A stretch of 32,000 nucleotides of DNA. Origin: Schaalia odontolytica (GTDB lineage: Bacteria > Actinomycetota > Actinomycetes > Actinomycetales > Actinomycetaceae). Within the stretch, counting starts at the first letter, position 1. Each line of letters opens with the position of its first letter. A program made the position numbers and the translations under genes. Where the stretch lies: NCBI RefSeq assembly GCF_005696695.1, contig NZ_CP040006.1, positions 2,160,001-2,192,000 of the forward strand, read 5' to 3'. The notes under the pieces were generated by a model. That model made no database searches. It saw nothing but the letters and a program-made list of their open reading frames with translations, and had not been told where the DNA came from. This document shows positions 7,545 through 14,495 of the stretch, piece after piece.

Positions 7545-7749
7545 TGAAACCAATGACACCACTGCAGGCACTGATGTAGGCCAGCATGAAACCTCCATCA
7601 CCACTGCGTGCCCTTGAACAGCACCCGTTGAAACCACCATCACCAATGCAACCGAAAAACGCACCAAAAACACCCATTTCTCACCCGCAAAGGCGATGGC
7701 GGTTTCAGTTGAGGCTCGGCCTACGCGAGCAAAGGCGACGCCGGTTTCA
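7545..7749. repeat. repeat family B: about 20-24-nt motif TGAAACCnnCATCACCAnTGC, 3 direct plus 2 inverted copies, 42-bp phasing
   Basis: Forward copies start at 7545, 7587 and 7629 (exactly 42 bp apart). Inverted copies are CAAAGGCGATGGCGGTTTCA (7688-7707) and CAAAGGCGACGCCGGTTTCA (7730-7749), also 42 bp apart. The reverse complement of the 7688 copy matches the 7629 copy at 16 of 20 positions. Confidence 0.85.
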
Positions 7750-7817
7750 TCGCGACGAAGCAGTGCAATGCCTACCCAAGTAGTGCACCCCTGAGCAACA
7801 AGCTCGACCACGGACAA

Positions 7818-8096
7818 GGGAACTCCCTCAATTCCGCATGCAATTCCAACTCAGCCCGACCCCACACCAACGCAGAATCCGCAGAATTCCAACGATCAGA
7901 CTTCAAACCATGAAACACATCCGAGGGAATTGCATGCGAAATTACTGGGGCGGTGTGGCCAGGCGCCCAGAAAAGTCGCACGTAATTCGATTGGATAAAC
8001 GTTCAACAAAGTCTGAAAGCGTTGCAATTCCAACGATATAAATTCATGATTTGAAGAAGCCATGAGGGAATTACGTGCGGAATTGGGTGTGGGCTC
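7818..8096. repeat. foldback region: AATTCCGCATGCAATTCC-type motif in both orientations plus a 60-nt direct repeat (141-bp offset)
   Basis: The motif occurs at 7830-7847 (+), 7926-7943 (-, 17/18) and 8067-8084 (-, 16/18), with a partial + copy at 7977-7989. A direct repeat spans 7885-7943 and 8026-8084 (AATTCCAACGAT ... GAGGGAATT). CCCACACC (7861-7868) is complementary to GGTGTGGG (8086-8093). Confidence 0.8.
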
Positions 8097-8176
8097 AGCA
8101 ATGGGGTAAACGAGGGCTGGACACGACACCTGTGTGATAGCGGTGGGGCAGACTACGGTTCTGGCCCGCGGGGAAG

Positions 8177-8505
8177 CCTGACCGGGCATCGAGTCGCCGC
8201 GCTGGGCCACACGCCAGCACGCCCGGCACCGCCGGTGTGGAGGGCGCCGGAGGGACCGGTAGGCCTGGCCGCGGTGCTGGTGGGCGACGGCGGGGCATGG
8301 CCGCGGTGCCCGTACGCGGCGGTGGGGCATGGCCGCGGTGCCCGTACGCGGCGGTGGGGCCGGGCCGGGCATCGATTCGACGCGCTGGGCCACACGCCAG
8401 CACACCAGGCGCCGCCGGTGTGGAGGGCGCCGGAGGGATCTGCCGCGGTGCCGGTGGGCGGCGGCGGGGCCTGGCCGGGCTTCGAGACGACGCGCCGAGC
8501 GAAGC
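8177..8505. repeat. GC-rich tandem repeat (units begin 8177, 8360, 8470) containing a perfect 32-bp tandem duplication
   Basis: Units begin CCTGACCGGGCATCGAG / CCGGGCCGGGCATCGAT / CCTGGCCGGGCTTCGAG and share ...GCGCTGGGCCACACGCCAGCAC...CGCCGGTGTGGAGGGCGCCGGAGGGA... The sequence GGGGCATGGCCGCGGTGCCCGTACGCGGCGGT is repeated perfectly at 8292-8323 and 8324-8355. Confidence 0.85.
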
Positions 8506-8627
8506 TCGCAGCGCGGACGACTCGCGGGCGGGCCGCCGCCCACCGGCACACACAGCGGCCGGGCCCGACGGCGCCCGGAACACCCGTGGGGCCACAAGCA
8601 CCCAACCAAGCAACGCAAGCAACGCAA

Positions 8628-8658
8628 ACGCGCGGCAGCCCACCGGGCCGCCGCGCGT
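8628..8658 (-). terminator. candidate terminator downstream of asd
   Basis: ACGCGCGGCAGCC (8628-8640), loop CACC, GGGCCGCCGCGCGT (8645-8658), with one mismatch. On the minus strand it is followed by TTGCGTTGCTTGCGTTGCTTG (T-rich, with a 9-mer repeat). Confidence 0.45.
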
Positions 8659-8678
8659 TCACGCAACTAGTGCAACAC

Positions 8679-9782
<1,104 letters not shown>

Positions 9783-9868
9783 CTATGGGGACGAGGCCGG
9801 GGCTCATTCTCAGGTCCCCGGAACCGGGCGGAAATAACGGAGCCCGCCCGAGCCTCGTCGATGAACGA

Positions 9869-10390
9869 TCAGCGGCCGGTGCCGCCGTAGACGACGGCTT
9901 CGGTTTCGGAGGCGTCGAGGCCGAAGGCGGTGTGGACGGCCTTCACGGCGCGGTCGAGGTCGTCGAGGCGGGTGACGACGGAGATGCGGATCTCGGAGGT
10001 GGAGATCAGGTCGATATTGATGCCCGCGTCGGACAGGGCGCTGAAGAGGCGCGCGGAGACGCCGGGGTTGGTGCGCATGCCGACGCCGACGAGGCTGAGC
10101 TTGCCGATGTTGGGGTTGTAGCGCAGCTCGTTGAAGCCGATCTCGTCGCGGTGGGCCTCGAGGGCGTCGAGGGCCTTCTGGGCGTCGCCTTCGGGCAGGG
10201 TGAAGGTGATGTTGGCCTTCGTGGGGTCGGAGATCGGCAGGTTCTGGACGATCATGTCGATGTTGGCGCCGACCTCGGCGACGACGGCGAAGACGCGGGC
10301 GGCGACACCGGGGCTGTTCGGCACGTCGGTGACGGTGATCTTGTCCTGGGAGCGGTCGTGAGCGATACCGGAGATGACGGGCTTTTCCAT
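9869..10390 (-). CDS. lysC: aspartate kinase beta subunit (internal in-frame start)
   Basis: Internal ATG at 10390 (MEKPVISGIAHDRSQDKITVTDVP...) is preceded by GAGGAAAACGCC. The position corresponds to the internal beta-subunit start known for Corynebacterium and Mycobacterium lysC. Confidence 0.45.
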   Translation of the reverse strand: MEKPVISGIAHDRSQDKITVTDVPNSPGVAARVFAVVAEVGANIDMIVQNLPISDPTKANITFTLPEGDAQKALDALEAHRDEIGFNELRYNPNIGKLSLVGVGMRTNPGVSARLFSALSDAGINIDLISTSEIRISVVTRLDDLDRAVKAVHTAFGLDASETEAVVYGGTGR

Positions 10391-11185
10391 GGCGTTTTCC
10401 TCGGGAGACTTCAGGGCTGCGTCGGGCACGAGGCCCTTGAGTTCAGGGTTTGCGGGGGAGTCGGAGATCCAGGTGCCGTTCTTTTCGGAGAACGAGGAGC
10501 GCACGTGCAGGGGGACCCCGTAGCGGCGCGCGAATTCGACGGCGCGCAGGTGGAGGATCTTGGCGCCGTGCGCGGCCATTTCCAGGGTTTCTTCCTGGGT
10601 GAGGGTGCGCAGGCGGTGTGCCTTGGGGACGATGCGCGGGTCTGCGGAGAAGAGGCCGTCGACGTCCGTGTAGATTTCGCACACGTCGGCGTGGAGGGCG
10701 GCGGCGAGGGCGACGGCGGTCGTGTCGGAGCCTCCGCGGCCCAGCGTCGTCACGTCGTCGTCCTTGGAGATGCCCTGGAAGCCGGCGACGATGGCGACCT
10801 GGCCGTCCTTGATGGCGCGGGCGACGCGCTCGGGGACCATGCCGACGATCTGTGCGGCGCCGAAGCGACTGTCGGTCTGGATGCCGGCCTGCGCGCCGGT
10901 GTAGGCGCGGGCTTCGACGCCGAGTTCGTTGACGGCCATCGCGAGGAGGGCCATCGAGATGCGCTCGCCTGCCGACAGGAGGATGTCCATTTCGCGCTCG
11001 GGCGGGGTGTCCGTGAGGGCTGCGGCCGAGTCGAGCAGGTCGTCGGTCGTGTCACCCATCGCCGATACGACGACAACGACGCGGTGTCCCGCGTTGTGCG
11101 TGTCCACGATGCGCTGGGCGACGCGCTTCATGGCTTCGGTGTCGGCGACGGAAGAACCGCCGTACTTTTGCACGATCAGTGCCAC
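9869..11185 (-). CDS. lysC: aspartate kinase (alpha subunit reading frame)
   Basis: The track ORF extends to 11239, but the conserved N-terminus (V)ALIVQKYGGSSV starts at GTG 11185, preceded by GAGG. It has the kinase domain (VVVVSAMGDTTDDLL) and two C-terminal ACT domains. It lies immediately upstream of asd, as in other Actinobacteria. Confidence 0.92.
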   Translation of the reverse strand: MALIVQKYGGSSVADTEAMKRVAQRIVDTHNAGHRVVVVVSAMGDTTDDLLDSAAALTDTPPEREMDILLSAGERISMALLAMAVNELGVEARAYTGAQAGIQTDSRFGAAQIVGMVPERVARAIKDGQVAIVAGFQGISKDDDVTTLGRGGSDTTAVALAAALHADVCEIYTDVDGLFSADPRIVPKAHRLRTLTQEETLEMAAHGAKILHLRAVEFARRYGVPLHVRSSFSEKNGTWISDSPANPELKGLVPDAALKSPEENAMEKPVISGIAHDRSQDKITVTDVPNSPGVAARVFAVVAEVGANIDMIVQNLPISDPTKANITFTLPEGDAQKALDALEAHRDEIGFNELRYNPNIGKLSLVGVGMRTNPGVSARLFSALSDAGINIDLISTSEIRISVVTRLDDLDRAVKAVHTAFGLDASETEAVVYGGTGR

Positions 11186-11408
11186 TAGAGCCTCATTTCT
11201 ATCTGTACGTGCCGATTCGCACGCATTCGGGTGGCGCACGCCACCACAACAATCCTACGGCCCGCCAGGCATCGCGCCGCGAAAGACCGGCATGTGGGCG
11301 CAGGTGACATGGGACGCGCCGGGGCGACCCAGGCCACATAGCCCTTTAATGCCCGGAATTGCAACGATCCTGGTCAGCACCGAATGCCGCGCCCACACGC
11401 GGGGACGG

Positions 11409-12986
11409 TCAGGCGGCGGGCAATGTCACGTCGATGACGGTGCCCTTCTCAGAGTCGACCAGCCGCACGGACCCGCCCATCGCGCGGGCGAGCGACTCGA
11501 CGATCGACATTCCCAGGCCCGAGGAGCCGCGGCCGTCGCGCGTGCGCGAGGAGTCGCCGCGCACGAAACGGTCGAACACGCGGTTGCGGATCTCTGCCGG
11601 GATGCCGGGACCGTCGTCCGCGACGCGCAGGGTCACCATGGACGAGGCCGGGGCCCCCTTCACGGGTTCCGCCCCCTGGGGCGCGCGGCTCAGCGAGACG
11701 GTCACGCGTGTGCCAGCGGGCGTGTGCACGCGAGCGTTCGCGAGGAGGTTCGTGAGGATCTGGAGCAAGGCCGCCTCATCGCCGAGGACGGGCACATCCA
11801 CTGCCTCGCCGAGCTCCCACGCGTGGTCGGGGGCGACCACGTGCGCGTCTGACAGGGCGTCCAGTATCAGCGGAATAACGTCGACATTCTCGCGTTTGAG
11901 GGCGCGGTCTCCATCCAGGCGCGCCAGCGTCAGCATCTCCTCCACGAGGGACGCCATCCGCGCCCCCTCCGAGGAGATGCGCTCGAGCGCCTGGGTCCGG
12001 GAGGCCTCGTCAATGTCGCGACGCGCGAGCTGCGCGTACCCCTGAACGGAGGCCAGCGGCGTGCGCAGCTCGTGCGAGGCGTCGGCGACGAACTGGCGCA
12101 GCTTCGCCTCGCTGCGGGCGCGGCGCTCCATGCCGTCTTCGACCGCGTCGATCATCGAGTTCAGGGCCCCCGCGACGTCGGCGACCTCGACGGGGCCGGA
12201 GGTGGCCTCCTCGCCGACGCGGGTCAGCTCCTCGGCGTCGTCGGCCAGGTCGCGGCTCGCAATGTCCGCGGCCGCCGCGCGCACAACACCGAGGGGACGC
12301 AGCTCGCGGCGCACCCACGCGCGGCCGGCGAAACCCGCCGCGATAGCGACGACGAGGGACAGGCCGACCTCGACCGCGACAAGCATCATGACCACGTCAT
12401 CGACGCTGTCCATCTGCACGCCGACGAGGACCGTCTTGCCATCGACGACCTGGGAGGTCACCCGGAACGTGCCCAGCCCCTTCAGGCGCACGGTGTGCGG
12501 GGCACCATCCGTGGGCACCGCTGCCAGGATCGCCAGTGCAGGCTCATTCAAGTAGGTCACCGAGAAGTTCGAGACGACCGCGCCTGCCGCCTGCCCATCC
12601 TCGCTCACGTACTGGAGAGTGCCCTCGGCGATGCCGGAACCGCCAAACCCGGGCCCCGTGGGACCGCCGGGGACAACAGGTCCTCCGGGCACAATCGGCC
12701 CACCAGGACGAGGCACACGCCCGCCCGACTGCGGGGTCGTTCGGGCACCATCGTCGGAGTCGTCGTTGGAATCATCGTCCGCATCCACCTCATCGTCCGG
12801 CGCGTCCTCGACATCCAGATGCTCACCCGCGCGCTGGGCAAGGCGGTGCAGCTCGGAGTCCATGTTGCCGAGCATCCAGGAGCGCATCACCAGGGTGGAC
12901 GCGGCCACCATGACGATGAGCGCGAGGGCGACGCACGCGGCCAGCGCTCGCGACAGGCGCCCAGCGAGGGAACGCCGCCGCGTCAC
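11409..12986 (-). CDS. two-component sensor histidine kinase
   Basis: 525-aa ORF with a GTG start overlapping the regulator stop (GTGA). It has two TM segments flanking an extracytoplasmic region, a HAMP-like linker, an H-box (FVADASHELRTPLASVQGY) and an ATPase G-box (DDGPGIP ... SSGLGMSIVESLARAMGG). Confidence 0.9.
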   Translation of the reverse strand: MTRRRSLAGRLSRALAACVALALIVMVAASTLVMRSWMLGNMDSELHRLAQRAGEHLDVEDAPDDEVDADDDSNDDSDDGARTTPQSGGRVPRPGGPIVPGGPVVPGGPTGPGFGGSGIAEGTLQYVSEDGQAAGAVVSNFSVTYLNEPALAILAAVPTDGAPHTVRLKGLGTFRVTSQVVDGKTVLVGVQMDSVDDVVMMLVAVEVGLSLVVAIAAGFAGRAWVRRELRPLGVVRAAAADIASRDLADDAEELTRVGEEATSGPVEVADVAGALNSMIDAVEDGMERRARSEAKLRQFVADASHELRTPLASVQGYAQLARRDIDEASRTQALERISSEGARMASLVEEMLTLARLDGDRALKRENVDVIPLILDALSDAHVVAPDHAWELGEAVDVPVLGDEAALLQILTNLLANARVHTPAGTRVTVSLSRAPQGAEPVKGAPASSMVTLRVADDGPGIPAEIRNRVFDRFVRGDSSRTRDGRGSSGLGMSIVESLARAMGGSVRLVDSEKGTVIDVTLPAA

Positions 12987-13690
12987 TGGGGCTCCCGCAT
13001 GATGTAGCCGGCACCGCGCACCGTGCGAATGAGGGCCGGTCGATCCGCGTCGATCTTCTTACGAAGGTACGAAATGTACAGCTCGACGACGTTCACCTGT
13101 CCGCCGAAGTCATAGCTCCACACGGCGTCCAAAATCTTCTGCTTGGATAGCACGATTCCAACGTTTTCCATGAGATACCGGAGCAATTCAAACTCAGTGT
13201 TCGTTAACGTGATTTCTTCCCCGCCACGGCGCACATCGTGCGAGTCCACATCGAGGGTCAGATCGGCGACCTGCAGGACCGTCGAGGCCGCCTGCTGGGT
13301 GCGCCCAGCCCGGCGTAGCAGCGCCTCCACGCGGGCCGCCACCTCGTCCAGATCGAAAGGCTTCGTCACGTAATCGTCCGCACCCGCGCGCAAGCCCTGC
13401 ACTCGATCCGCGACCGCGTCGCGCGCGGTGAGGAACAAGACCGGCAGCTCCGGATCGCGAGCGCGCAGGCGCTCCAGCGTCTCCAGGCCATCCATGCGCG
13501 GCATCTGAACATCGAGGATCACGACATCCGGGTGGAAGCTCGTCGCCTTCGCCAGCGCGTCCAGCCCGTCCTTCGCCGTGGCCGTCTCCCAGCCCTCGTG
13601 GCGCAAGGCCTGCGAGAGCAGGTCCGCCAGCATCGCCTCGTCGTCAACAACCAGCACTCGGGGCGCGTCTGAGCTCGCCTGGGTCGCCAT
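12983..13690 (-). CDS. OmpR/PhoB-family response regulator
   Basis: The track ORF is over-extended. ATG at 13690 (MATQASSDAPRVLVVDDE) lies 5 nt after GAGGAGG. It has a receiver domain (DVVILDVQMPRMDG, KPF) and a winged-helix domain (LTNTEFELLRYLMEN ... IRTVRGAGY). Confidence 0.9.
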   Translation of the reverse strand: MATQASSDAPRVLVVDDEAMLADLLSQALRHEGWETATAKDGLDALAKATSFHPDVVILDVQMPRMDGLETLERLRARDPELPVLFLTARDAVADRVQGLRAGADDYVTKPFDLDEVAARVEALLRRAGRTQQAASTVLQVADLTLDVDSHDVRRGGEEITLTNTEFELLRYLMENVGIVLSKQKILDAVWSYDFGGQVNVVELYISYLRKKIDADRPALIRTVRGAGYIMREPQ

Positions 13691-13900
13691 CGTGGCCTCC
13701 TCATATGTCGGAGCGTTACCCTCCGATTGTGTCACACGTGCGTCACCGACAGGGGGACGCGCGGCCCGCAGCGCGACAAACGCCGCAGGTCGCGGGCAGG
13801 ACGGGTGCCGCGGCGCCTGGGGGCCGCTCGAACACAACGCGAGGCCGCACCCGCCCGCGCATCGAGAACGCGAGGCAACCACGGCCTCGTCGACGAAAGC

Positions 13901-14494
13901 TCAGAGGCGGCGGCGCCCCTCGAGCGCGCGGCCCAGCGTCACCGAGTCCGCGTACTCCAGGTCGCCGCCCATGGGCAGGCCCATCGCCAGGCGCGAGGTC
14001 TCGACACCCATCGTGGAGAGCATGCGCGCGAGGTAGGCGGCCGTCGCCTCGCCCTCGACGTTCGGGTTGGTCGCCAGGATGACCTCGGTGACCGTCCCGT
14101 CGGCCAGGCGGCTCATGAGCGAGGCGATGTTCAGCTCGTCGGGCCCCACCCCGTGGATCGGATCGATGACGCCGCCGAGGACGTGGTAGCGCCCGCGGAA
14201 CACGCGCGCACCCTCGATCGCCTGGATGTCCTTGGGCTCCTGCACGACGCAGATCGCGCTGGGGTCGCGGCGCACGTCGCGGCAGATGGAGCACTCGTCC
14301 TCTTCCGTGAGATTGCCGCAGATGTCGCAGTGGCGCACGCGCCCGCGCACGGCGTTGATCGCGTCGACGAGGCGCGCAACGTCCTCGGGCTCCGCGTCCA
14401 GGACGTGCATGGCCATGCGCTGCGCGGACTTCGGGCCGATGCCCGGCAGCTGCCCGAACTGGTCGATGAGGTCGGCCAGGGCGCCGTCGTACAT
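13901..14494 (-). CDS. recR: recombination protein RecR
   Basis: 197-aa ORF. HhH motif ([13 protein letters not shown]), C4 zinc finger ([18 protein letters not shown]) and Toprim domain. Its ATG lies 1 nt after the dnaX stop. Confidence 0.95.
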   Translation of the reverse strand: MYDGALADLIDQFGQLPGIGPKSAQRMAMHVLDAEPEDVARLVDAINAVRGRVRHCDICGNLTEEDECSICRDVRRDPSAICVVQEPKDIQAIEGARVFRGRYHVLGGVIDPIHGVGPDELNIASLMSRLADGTVTEVILATNPNVEGEATAAYLARMLSTMGVETSRLAMGLPMGGDLEYADSVTLGRALEGRRRL

Positions 14495-14495
14495 G

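Noticed and set aside
2680-8505. CRISPR array as an explanation for the periodic repeats (39-bp at 2680-2894; 41/42-bp at 7458-7749)
   Set aside because: In the 39-bp array the units abut with no spacers. In the 41/42-bp arrays the repeats are about 21 nt with about 20-nt gaps and only 2-3 direct copies, some of them inverted. There are no cas genes in the window.
11186-11239. Longer N-termini offered by the track for lysC (to 11239) and the response regulator (13691-13882)
   Set aside because: The conserved family N-termini ((V)ALIVQKYGGSS and MATQ..RVLVVDDE) start at internal GTG/ATG codons that have good Shine-Dalgarno sequences. The extensions are non-conserved-looking Arg/Pro/Ala-rich sequence.
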